Positions 52,501 through 63,672 of a DNA stretch of 64,000 bases are shown one piece after another. The notes under the pieces were generated by a model that had not been told where the DNA came from, did not search any database, and saw only the letters and a list, made by a program, of their open reading frames with translations. This DNA is from Thalia democratica (Eukaryota). Location of the stretch: assembly GCA_965202585.1 (NCBI GenBank), contig OZ241826.1, positions 15,500,001 to 15,564,000 of the forward strand, given 5' to 3'. Position 1 is the stretch's first letter, and each line of letters opens with the position of its first letter. Made by a program: the position numbers and the translations under genes.

Positions 52501-55500
52501 TTGTAAGAATGTATTTAACTCTCTTTTTTCTACATACATTTCCAAGAGCTTCACAATTAAAATAAACAGCTATTTCTGTTTTCTCTATTTCTATCTTAAA
52601 CTATACTTATATGCTAATTTGTGCTGAAGTAGTAACGTAAAACAATTATTTCTAAAAATACATTTGTTCTGCTTACTGAAGAAATTACTCGGAATATTCA
52701 AAATTACGGAATATTTTACGTTCAAGTCTAGTACAGACAATTACATCTAAATATAACTGTTCAACGTAGAAAAGTAAACTATAATTTTAAAACTCGCAAA
52801 ATAATCGTACTGCACTTTAAATAGATACATTAATACATAATTTGCAATATAAAAAACCTGCTGATAATTTCTCCCAGCAAAACAGTTTTGTCAAAATCAC
52901 GGAATACTTTACATACAAGTACGACAAAGGCAAGTATTTATAAAAATAAATGAAACATTAAAATAGATAAGTTACAATAAATACCTGCTGGTGAATTCTC
53001 CCTGATTTGAGCTGGTAGACGGCGAATCAACGTTTGATTTTTTGTTTTTGTTGTATTCTTTTATTTCCCTGTACAGCCCACTTATTTGTTCTGCTAACCT
53101 GACTCCCAGGGTTTTGCCACCTAAATAATTATGAGGTTTAAAAAATGTTCTACCATATAAAGTTTGATAAGTTTAATAATTAAAGCCTAATTTTTTTGGT
53201 TAACAAGAATCTTAAGCTTAACTATTTCAAAACGAACGTATTGAAAATAGACCTTGATTAACAAATTACCTAAAGATCATAAAGCATTAAACAGTAAATT
53301 CAAGAGAAGTCATTTAAAGTTTTAAAAATTTAAGTATTAGAATATCACTAGAAAATAATTATGAAAATGTTGCCAAAGACATATCTTTTTAAATTTCCAA
53401 AAAATACGAACCGTCAACAAGTAGTGAAACAATGACTGATCTCAGCGGGTCAGCTGATTTTGACAATTGTAGAAGAAGTTGGGTGGCATCCTCAAGACCA
53501 TCTTCGCTGCAACTGTGTGAAGTCAGCACTTCGATGCACACGCCTGAGATTTATATTATCAATTTTAATTCAATTATTAGAATAACTCAAAAATATTATT
53601 TGTATTTTTATTCATTTCAAGCTTTACATTAAACGCACTTGATTTAGAGAAAAGTTTTTATACCAATATTAAATTTATTCCATTAAGAATGCACTGAATG
53701 AACTTTGAAGTTAATATCTAAAAACTTCAAAACTTTAGTTCGCTTTTCATTTAGCTTAAAAACAAAAAGTAACAATGAGATAAAACAGATCACACGCACC
53801 TAGCTCGTCCTTCAAGCACTCTTCCTTCTTCGGGGTGTTTTCCCCTTGATGAGAACTGGATATGAGGGACTTGGAACTGGTGGTGGTGCTGGTTTCAGTC
53901 GCGGTGTTTCCCCTCGTGTCCGTCTGCGTGTTGGACGTCGAGGCCTGCGCCGACATGGTCCTCGTCGTCATGGTCCTCACGGGCGGTTGCTGGGGAGCGG
54001 GGGTCGGTTGCGTGGCAACGGGGGGTTGCTGCTGGGAGGTGGAGGCTTCCTCGCTAGGGGGAGTTGTTGCTTGGGGCGGGGTGACTGTTCGGGCCAATGT
54101 GCTCCTGAAGTGATAGAAACTAATAAAATGTATAAAAATTTAAATTAATAATAATTAATTTTATATTAATATACAGTATTATTAAGCATATGATATTTTC
54201 AATTGTGAAAGGTCAGTTTAATTTTAGTTTATTATAAATGCATTTAAAACCTCAGTAAATCAAGTTTAAATAATATAAATTTCTTTTTGAAGTTCATACG
54301 TAACCAGCTTTAAGTTTTACGTATAAGCTAAACTATTTCATTTTTTCAAGTTAAAAATTTTATATAATACCAACAATAATAGAAAACGTTACATTTTACT
54401 TTAACATAATAAGTTACTATGGATATCTAGTAACACTTTAAATATTCAAAACAAGAAAACAATTTTAAGCTGAAAGTAATATAAATAAAATAGAGTGAAA
54501 CTAACTTTGGTGGAGCCTTGATGTTTTTGGAGATGTTGCTCAACAATTTCAGCATCCTGTCAGTTAATTGCTGGTTCTTTTTAACAACAGGATGGCTCAA
54601 TTGCTTTAAGAGGAACGACAACCAAGATGTTTGAAGTTGACCAGCGTCCTGTGAAGTATTATTGATAAGATAAACAACATTTCAAGACATTATGCTATTT
54701 TTATTCCCGTGAAAGATAAATAAATATTTGTAGTTTAATAACGTTTTAGATTAACTTGTTACTTCATACACTTGTGTTTTTAACGTACGCATAGTTTAAT
54801 TGTTAAAAATTACAATTAAGACAATTCAACAAAATTTAAATTTAAAAAAATAGTGTAACTGTATCAACGTACTTTGCTTGAACTATTTTTGGTACAAATT
54901 GCGAAGCTGCATTAGTCGAAAAGAAATAAAAGCTTAAAAACCGACAAAACTTGAAAACCCATACCTTGATAACAACGGGTCCAGTGGTGGGTCTGTTCTC
55001 CTGATCAATGGTTGCCGTGTGCGCTCTCGAGGTGGCGGTGATCTTCTTCTTGGTTGAAGAGGAAGTGTCCAATTTCATCAGAATGTCCCAGAAATCCGAA
55101 GACACTTCCGCGTCTGTATAACAGAATTGTAATGTTCATAAATAGCACTTACATCAAACGTGCTTAGTTTAAAATCAAACACACTATTCTTTTACAAGTT
55201 TGAAAAATAATTATAATAAATTGTCTGTTTGGTAAGCATTTTGGCAATCTAAAATCTACTTTAAATTATTAATTTTCAGACATTTACGCACTATTTGATT
55301 TAAAACTTAAAATATTTCAACAAAAGTTATCACTGTGTCGTAATACTTGTAAGGAGCAGACAAAAACTTGTACTTTTTTAGTAATAAATTGGAAGTAATG
55401 TGAACAATAAGTCAATAATAAAATTTTATAATGAAAGCCATATGTCTAATGTGCACTACATCAAATATTTACTCAACTGTGTAACAGTCCATTGTATAAA

Positions 55501-58500
55501 TTTTACTTTAGCAACTTTTGTTTGTTTATGCATAAGAAATTTATTTTACATTTGCAAAAAAGTGGGCTTCACCTAAATGTAACGTTTTATAAAAATGTTT
55601 GCTCAAGTTTGAAAAGCCAAATTTTATTGAATTGAACAAAATAAACATTGCTATTATGTTTTAAAGAATAAAATTTACTGTAAAAATATATTATAGAGCT
55701 TCAACAAACTTTTATAGCTCTTTAATCTTATGAAAACTAAAATGATTATAATGGTTTCTGATAAATTTTTAGACTGGTAATATGGAAGTATGGGAAAAAA
55801 TGACTTGGAGTTTGAAACAATATTCACATACTTTAAGTTCCTTGTTAAATATTTGGCAATATATTCAATATAATATTAATATAAATTTTTTATAACTTGA
55901 TTAAAGAAATAGTCTTTTTTTTTCAACTGACAATTAAAAATAAACAACCCACCATTGAGTTCCTTGCTCTTATATACTTAACTTATACAACATTTTTCAG
56001 CTTCTAAATGTTTTGTTAAACTGCTCACTTATTTTAAGTTCTCAATATATATTTAAAACACAAGATAACAAACGCACCATTCAACTCCTTGCTCTTCTTG
56101 TTGGTGCTGGCAACCAGTTGCTGGGGCTGAACGAAATCGGCGGGGAACACTTTGCTGAGCATGTTCAAGCAGTCGATGGCGTGCCTGGCCACCAGCGGCG
56201 CCGCTTGCGGGTGGATGAACAGCTTCTTCACCAACCTCTGCGACGAAGACTTCTTGTTCGAAGATTGCGATGGCACCTTCGCTACCTGAGTTGGAAGTTT
56301 TTAGTTTTATCAGTTGGAAAAATTTATGCTCTATTTAGCCTGTACACATTTCATGTTTAAACATAATATAAATTGTGTTAAGCAAATAACTATTTGGTTC
56401 TTAAAGTTAAGTTAAATAAAAGTGCATTATTGTCTAAATACAAAGTAATAACTTCTTCTTATTTGTGCATCTAAAAATAATATTAAAGACTTGTTTTAAC
56501 AAAATATAGACTTATATAAATTTATAAAGAGGTTATAACATTAAATATTTTTTTCAACAAACTTGGAAAATGGAAGCCCTGGCACCCAAAGCGCCGTCCA
56601 GCTTGATCGACATCCAACTGGAGGTGGCGTACTTGACGGTGGTTGCTTCCTGCTTCTTAGCCGGTTGCTTGGCAACCTTGGTGTCCCCGGAACGTTGCAG
56701 GATGGATACCAAAGTGGATACCAGCCAATCGCGGGTGGCCGAGTGGTAACATACGTTCCTGAACACTTTGTGGAGAACCTGTTGGAAAATTAACTTGTTG
56801 AAAGGTAGACATATAAGAATATTATCTATGACTTTTTATATAAGTTATTAATTGAATCTTTTGGATATGATTAAATACTTTGAACGAAGTTTCATTTGCT
56901 TTTCAACTTCAAAAAGCCCACTTAAACTAATTTAAACGTGACTTAAGGTAAAAAAAAAAGCATGTCCATTTTTTTATTAAAATGGATTAATTTTCAAAGT
57001 CTTTACAGAATTACTTCTAACTTTTTTATGGCTGTTACTTTAAGCATTGAGAATATTAAGGTACAAAACAACCGACCTGAACGTTCAACTTGGAGTCTTC
57101 TTGCACGAACAGCAGCAGCAGCAGGTGGGACAGCGACTCGTGATCGAGGACCTGCCTGGACTGGAACGTCTTGTCCCCATTTCCGGCCTGCGCGCCCTGG
57201 CTCCCCTGGTGGTACCTGAGCGCCCTCCTGCGGCCGCCCGCAACGCCGAAGTCGACCAGCATGCCGCCTCTGTCGCGGTATCTGTGGTCAATTTCTGCGT
57301 ACCTTCTGGCGCATACAAAAAAGTGGGTTTAGTTTGGTCGGATGTTGCTTGGTTTTTGAGTTTTTTATGTTTTTTTTAATGAAATAATAAACAACTAGTT
57401 TTGTTTATTTGAATTGAATAGTGGATAAAATCAAGAAAATTTTGATGTTTTAGAGATGCATACAAAAAGTGGGTTTGGTCGTCGGATGTTGCTTAGTTTT
57501 TAAAGAACTTAATGGTGATTTTGAGATACTTGAGATAAATTGTTAAACAGATTTTTTTTTTAATTCCCTTTTTGTTTTAATTTGATGGAGAAAATCAAGA
57601 AAATTTCGATTGATACAATCAAAAACTAAACAATTTTGTAAATTATCAAACTTATGTATTAAGCAATGCGCGGTATCTGTCGTAAGTTTCTGCGTGCCTT
57701 CTAGTGGAAGCGTACAAAAAATACGGGTTTAGTCGTTGGTAGGATGATGTTTAGTTTTAGAGTTTTTCTTTGCTTTTTTTTTAAATTAAATAATAAATAA
57801 CTAGTTTTGTTTATTTGAAATCAGCGGATAAAATCTAGAAAATTTCGATATTTTTGTCTTTGCCAAGTATAACGAACTTGATTTAGTTAAAAAGTAACCA
57901 CACTTGTAAACGGAAGTCCCAAACAAAAATAAGTATATCTTAATAATATTACGTCATAACACCAACCTCTGCAAATGTTCGGTGACGTTCCTGTGCTGCT
58001 CCATCTGCCTTCTCTCGTTCTCCGCCCTCAGAGACCTCGCTTCTTCCTGGAGAGCTTGCGGCAGTTGGGCGATCTCTGAATCTTCCATCTCACCTGGTTA
58101 ACATTGTTATGATTATTATGAGGTCATTTCACATAGAAAAAATAAATTTTTAGGCTTACAGTCCTTCTGTGACCATTGCTTTGAACGTGAATAATTTGAA
58201 TTAGCTATGTATCTATATTTAATTACATATGCACTTATGTTATTATTAGTGTACTTCCACTAAAATCTTATGTATTATTATTAGCTACGTCATAGTTTAG
58301 AAGTTTTTTGTGACCATTGTCAGCTAAAAATAGTTTGTAAATGCATTCCTTATCGGAAATTCTGTGATATAAGCATGTTCTAATGTATTTCCACTATCTA
58401 TTTTTATTTTGTGTTAAGTATTGTTATGTATTTCCACTAAAATCTTATGAATGTATTTATCTTAAAAAAGTTATGCACTATAATCTTATTACATATGTAT

Positions 58501-61500
58501 TATGTATCATAAGTGTTAATTATGACTTATACCAACCTTAAAGTATATACTTATCTAAAAAAATTATGCACCTGTATTTAATTGATACGTACTTATTATT
58601 ATTTATACCAACCTAGCAACTGCCTCCTCAAATCAGGTTCAAGTTGGTGGATGAAGGAGGAATTGTCCGCTGAAGGTTGCGTCGCTTGATTGAATGCTGC
58701 GCGTTGCTCTTCGTGCTGCGAATTATCAGTTTAAAATAAAACACAACATTTTTTACTGTTATTATAATTAGATGAGGAATACAAGAAGTGTTTGAATCAA
58801 AATGGTCATATAATCAAGTAGTTTTAAAAATCATAAAAATCACAATACAAGTTGTTCTTTCTACTAAAAAAAGATGAGCTTAAATCATCTTTTTCAAGTT
58901 TTATATTAAATAAAGACAGTTTTATAGTTAAATCAGATTTTAAATCTCATTGATAATATAAAAGACTTGAATCATACAACTTGACTTCAATAAAATTTTA
59001 ATTTCAAACAAAGTACTACCAACCCTCCTCTGCTGATCAATGACTTCTTGTTGGATGTTCTGAGGGAGGGCGTTCAAGAATTCAGGGTTCAATCTGGTGC
59101 TGAGAACGTTCGCTTGCCCGCTACCAGATTCTGCGTTTCTGTTCAGTGTGTCCCTGTGGAAAGAAAATTAAACTGTTAGTGTTCAAAAAATATAAGTATA
59201 GATGTGTGAAGATAATGATGTTATGCTTTCTAATAATATTATTTTTAAGCTTAACGTACTAAAAAGCTCAAAATTTGCAAAAAAAAAAAAAAAATCAAGT
59301 AAAAAAGATAATGATAAGTTTCATAATAGTGTTTACTTTTTAAGGTAATGTTAATCGATTTAAAGTCAGTATTCAATAGATATTAGTATAGATTTGTGGA
59401 GAAAATGATGTTATGTAAAATTTGTATGTAATAATCTAACATATGCAACACCTACTACTCTTGCATTTAGTTAAAAAAATTCAAAATGCTTCTTATATTT
59501 TTTTTGTTAACAAAAGGTTTCAAAATTTGCAAAAAAAAAAGATGACAGTTAAACTTGTAATAGTTTTTACTTTCTATGACAATATTAATCAATGTAAAAT
59601 CAGTGAAACAAAATATCTGTGTCGTAACAAACTTTCAATTATTCAAAAATCAACAAAATATACCTGATAATTTCAGCTCTGACGTCTTGGGGTACTGCGA
59701 TGAGAAATTGGGGGTCGACGTTGTTCCACACAGTAGGACCGTCGTCTACCTGATTTGCTTGCTGTTGATTGGACGGTTGATCAGATGCTGCTTGTTGATT
59801 GGTTGCTGCATCTGATGCAGGTGGCTCTGTAAAGAATCGTGATTTAATGTATAATGTATATCATTTGTTTTTTTTTAACTAGTATATTCTTTTTGGTTTA
59901 CACTGAAATAAACTCCCGGAATGAATAATTACTTATTTTTTAAATCTTTTTTTTTTCGTTCTAACAAGTTATGTCTACATTTTTCATTTATTTTAAGGTA
60001 TTACATTTACCTTACTCAAATAAAAATTAATTATTTCAAAACTTTTTTGGATTCTAGGCATTATCTTATATGCACAGGCAATTAATACTTTAATTAATTT
60101 TTTTTATAACTATTATTAGAAAAACACCATTTCACAAACCTTGTTGCTGAGATGGGGCGGTGGTAGTTTGGGGTTCCTGGGTAACCGTGTTTGATGGTTG
60201 CCCTGGTAACTCGGCGGATGAATCCCCCGTGTCCATGGGTTGAGCGTCAGTCACATCCCTATCAACATCTGTTTGATAAATATTAAAGTTTAATATTTTG
60301 TTTTGGGTGTTTTTTTAATAAAATATATTTAAACTTACTTTACACAACTCAGCCCTTTGGCGAATAGGGCCGCAACAAAATTAGGCTTTCAGTTGAAGAA
60401 GTTTTATTCATTATTTTCAGTTTTAGTTTTATATTTAAGTTTATATCTAATAAAAAATACTTGTTTTATCTCGAACTAACATTTGTGCTTAAACATGTTT
60501 CTTAGTGACAAATACAAAAAAATATGTACTTAAAAAAGATAAACTTAATTTCTAAAGAAGTTTTCTTATGATGATGGACTAAAATTTCTATTTATTATTT
60601 ACAAAACACAACAAAAAAAAGGAAATTTTATTTTCAATAGAAGCTTTCTTACACAGATGAGAAGATTAGGGTTTATATATATGAGAAAAAAAAATATAAA
60701 GCTTTAATTTCAACAGAAGCTTTTAGACGGGGAGATTAAAGTTTTGATTCATTTTACCAAATACAACAAAAAGATGTTAATTTTCAACACAAGCTTATAA
60801 AGGGGGAGATCAAAAGCTGTATGTATAATACTTAGACAACAAGCATAAAGAATAAAATTATTTAAACAGAAGCTTACAGACTGGGAACGTTTTCATTTAT
60901 TATTTTAACAAATGCATATATAAAGTTTAACTTCAACAGATGAGGAGATTATCGTTCGACACAAAAGCAAACATGTTGCATCAGGAAAAGCAAACATCAA
61001 AAAAAAATCCAGCGAGCAAAACCGTGCGGAAAAAGAGTGAGAAATTGCGTCACACAAAATGAGAGCGAGAGATGTTGGAACGAAAGTTTTGAACTTGGGA
61101 TGCGAGAGAGGGCTTTCATAAGAGCTCTCTCTCTCGTTTATTTGTTTGCACAGAACATCAAGTGATAGGAAGTGCTGAAGTTACAAACGGTGCTGACACA
61201 GTCTGTACAGAGGTCAGTACAGTAGATCAGTTGAAATTTGATATGATTTGCACTGAAAAGTCGCTTTTTCTTCATATTTTTGTTCAAACTAGTAGGTGAA
61301 ACAGCAAGAAATTAACAATTCAGAAAGAAAACTCATCAATGTAGGAGGTGCTAGCCCAGCATGGGAGGTAGAAAACAATATAGTCTAATTGTTTTTATTA
61401 TTAATTGACTATATTACCTTCTACCTCACTTGCTAGGCTGCTTTATTTTAATGATGAGTGCAAATAATTGAGAAAGTAAGGTAAAAGTAAGAAGAAAACT

Positions 61501-63672
61501 GACGTACAAGTAAAAACTGTGACAAATTAGGACATGAACTATCCAATCAATACTTAAAATTCTAGTTTAAAAAACTTAATGCTCGATAAAAAGTGAAATA
61601 TTAAAGTTCTTTAGTCAAAAAACCAGTTTACGAAACTTAAAAATTTTACACTAAAAAAAATTCTTCAAACAAATGAACTAGTTTAAAAATCATTCAATTG
61701 AAAAACTCAACTAAATAAAACCAAAACTAAAACAACTTTTATCTTTCACTGTGTGAATGTGAGCTTGTCAGGGCAAGGTAGTAGTAAACCAGTTCACAAA
61801 AAAAATATATATATATATATATATACCAACCCGGAACTGATTTAACCTACTACCTCACCGCGACGCCAAAAGCTCCTTCTGTGACGTCACAGTGACTCAG
61901 CCGACGTGATGACCTTGACTCCTTTGAAGTTTCGAGCGAGCCGCTTCGGCGGAGGCGGTGAAGTTTGTAGTTCGGCAAAAAAAAAAACTACAAAATCCAC
62001 TACCTCAGCAGAAACTGCACAAAATTTTAGTAAAAAAAAATAAAAAAATAAACTGAAACGAAAAGCTGCACTTGAAATTAAAAATGACGTGTGTTTTGTT
62101 CGATCGATTTTTTTTTCAAACTGACTGCACCAGCTGAAAAGTGGAAAGAACGCGAAAGCGAGCGGGCCGCCTGCAAAAGAACGCGCAACGCGAGAGAAGA
62201 GAAAAAATTGAAACGAGAGAATTAAAAAAAAACGAGAGAATTAAAAAAAAAATTGGTGAAGGAAACTTTGCGGTTTTGGTAAAGAGAGCTTTCCATTTGG
62301 AACGATTTTTTTGTGTTTCTTTAATTTTAATTTTGCGACTTTTTTTTCGGGAGATTTTAAGCCGGTTTTATTTTTATCACGACTCTCGCCTTTTATAAGC
62401 TGTGTGTGACGCAATAATAAGAAACTTGCGTCAAACGCCTTCGTGCATTGTGACGAGCGAAATTGAATTGTGCGGGTTCCAAGCTTTTATGTTTAATTTA
62501 ATAATATATATTTATAAATACAAAGGATTGTCGCTTTTTGAGCTGAAACAACTTTTTCATTGTCTGCTATAAATAGATGAAATCTTTCCTCTCTATTTAT
62601 ATTAAAAGATTATACTACAAACTGTAACTAGCACAATAAAAATTTGCTGCAATGAATATTGTTTTAACAATAAAACCAACAAATATTAAACATATCAAAG
62701 ACAAAATATCTACTTAAAATCTTTTTTTCTCTTTTATTCTTAACTTTTTTATGTGTTCTCTAAAATATCATACTTCAAATATTACAACTAATATTGTAAC
62801 TTGAAAAGTTACAAAAAATAAGGAACTTTACAAAAAAACAAATTACAAAGAAAGTTTTTGACAAGGAAATGAAACATGCGAAAGTCGTGGTTAAATTGAA
62901 TCTTTTTTTTTTATTAAAAATGATTTGCAATATTTTTTCCTAATTAATTCAATAATTGCAACACAAATTAATATCTGGTTAGCACAAACCGGCTTGAACC
63001 ATTTCGAATTTCCAAATAAGGAAATGTCCAAGAAAGCGTAATACAGTCAGTAGGCGAATATGAGTTTGTTTGTTTTATTTATAAAACATACTGTCTATTG
63101 TTTTATTCTCAACATTCATTTTCTTTTGTCATTCGAACAAAAACACTTGTTTTGTTAACAATGCATGTTTCTGCAGAATTTCTTTGTTCGAAATTTTAAT
63201 ATAAATTTTTATTCGAGGAATTTTTTTTGTCAATATATAGTAAATTAAATAAACATGTGCTGTTAATGTTAAGCCGGGTCAAATTAAAAATATTCAAAAA
63301 ATTGAGTTTATTTAAATTAATTTTATGTCTAGGTTTTAATGAGAAAATCAAGCATTTTAAAATTTTATTTCAATCACAAAATTTTTTTAAATTCTTTTGT
63401 ATTGTAATGTAACTAAGTAAAATCTAGCCCATCATTTTGCACCTAAATTTTGCACCTTTTTAACATTTTTTTTAATTTAAAAGGTAATATACTTTTTTGC
63501 TAAAAAAGTTCTCGCTAACTACTTGGTCAATGTTGTGTCAAAGAGAAAGTAAAGTTTAATATGAAGTGACATATAACTAACCGTCATTTTGCTGTTGTGC
63601 ATTTTCTCCTGTCGTCGGAGGAGTTTCTGCTTGAGGAGGGTTTTCTGCGGAGGGCTCACCTTCAGCAGCAGT
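40534..63672 (-). CDS. HUWE1: E3 ubiquitin ligase HUWE1, 3' part (gene presumably continues beyond the window end)
   Basis: 28 GT-AG exons with consistent phases: 63582-63672, 60140-60268, 59664-59826, 59024-59153, 58613-58715, 57967-58093, 57077-~57307, 56563-56778, 56078-56285, 54965-55113, 54506-54648, 53800-54104, 53412-53543, 52985-53120, 51780-51882, 51451-51571, 50889-~51095, 50516-50622, 49890-50008, 49546-49644, 48785-49060, 46591-46657, 46169-46285, 43870-44082, 43143-43282, 42526-42758, 40903-41020, 40534-40636. HUWE1-type motifs [28 protein letters not shown] and the C-terminus LPCAHTCFNQLDLP...GFGLA*. Confidence 0.96.
43684..43899. repeat. Three 90-bp tandem units spanning a HUWE1 donor site
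   Basis: The exon-end 30-mer recurs at 43690, 43780 and 43870 (the last is the real exon). Confidence 0.9.
46651..46845. repeat. ~43-45 bp minisatellite spanning a HUWE1 acceptor
   Basis: Unit GTACAACCTGAAAAAT...TAATTATTAATTTAATT repeated about five times with decay. Confidence 0.75.
57967..59826 (-). other. HUWE1: UBM-type ubiquitin-binding repeat exons of HUWE1
   Basis: [36 protein letters not shown] and [22 protein letters not shown]. Confidence 0.8.
60335..60395 (-). mobile_element. Possible retroelement 3' tail remnant
   Basis: Isolated GC-rich TTGTTGCGGCCCTATTCGCCAAAGGGCTGAG with a GCCCT/AGGGC hairpin, ending in a GTAAAGTAAGT tail. Classification is inference. Confidence 0.3.
60560..60950. 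repeat. Degenerate tandem repeat (~60-85 bp units)
   Basis: Recurring ACAGAAGCTT...GGGAGATT-like motifs, five to six copies. Confidence 0.5.
61352..61439 (-). ncRNA. let-7: let-7 family pre-miRNA (third in cluster), mature UGAGGUAGAAGGUAAUAUAGUC at 61407-61428
   Basis: let-7 seed UGAGGUAG. The 3' arm GACUAUAUUGUUUUCUACCUCC pairs with 21 of 22 mature nt, and the flanks extend the stem. Confidence 0.9.
61765..61864 (-). ncRNA. let-7: let-7 family pre-miRNA (second), mature UGAGGUAGUAGGUUAAAUCAGU at 61836-61857
   Basis: First 14 nt identical to canonical let-7 (UGAGGUAGUAGGUU). The 3' arm AACUGGUUUACUACUACCUUGC pairs with a 2-nt bulge. Loop is ~40 nt. Confidence 0.92.
61940..62017 (-). ncRNA. 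let-7: let-7 family pre-miRNA (first), mature UGAGGUAGUGGAUUUUGUAGUU at 61986-62007
   Basis: let-7 seed. The 3' arm AACUACAAACUUCACCGCCUCCG pairs with three mismatches, and the lower stem extends. Confidence 0.88.
62080..62480. promoter_or_regulatory. Intronic CpG-rich island just upstream of the let-7 cluster
   Basis: Dense CpG (CGCGAAAGCGAGCGGGCCGC, CGCGCAACGCG) inside an AT-rich intron, 5' of the first hairpin on the minus strand. Confidence 0.45.

Noticed and set aside
13249-63672. Functional cluster of ubiquitin/ADP-ribose genes (Kelch, PARP, RING, HUWE1)
   Set aside because: These are large families in mixed orientation, and co-location by chance is plausible without synteny or co-expression data.
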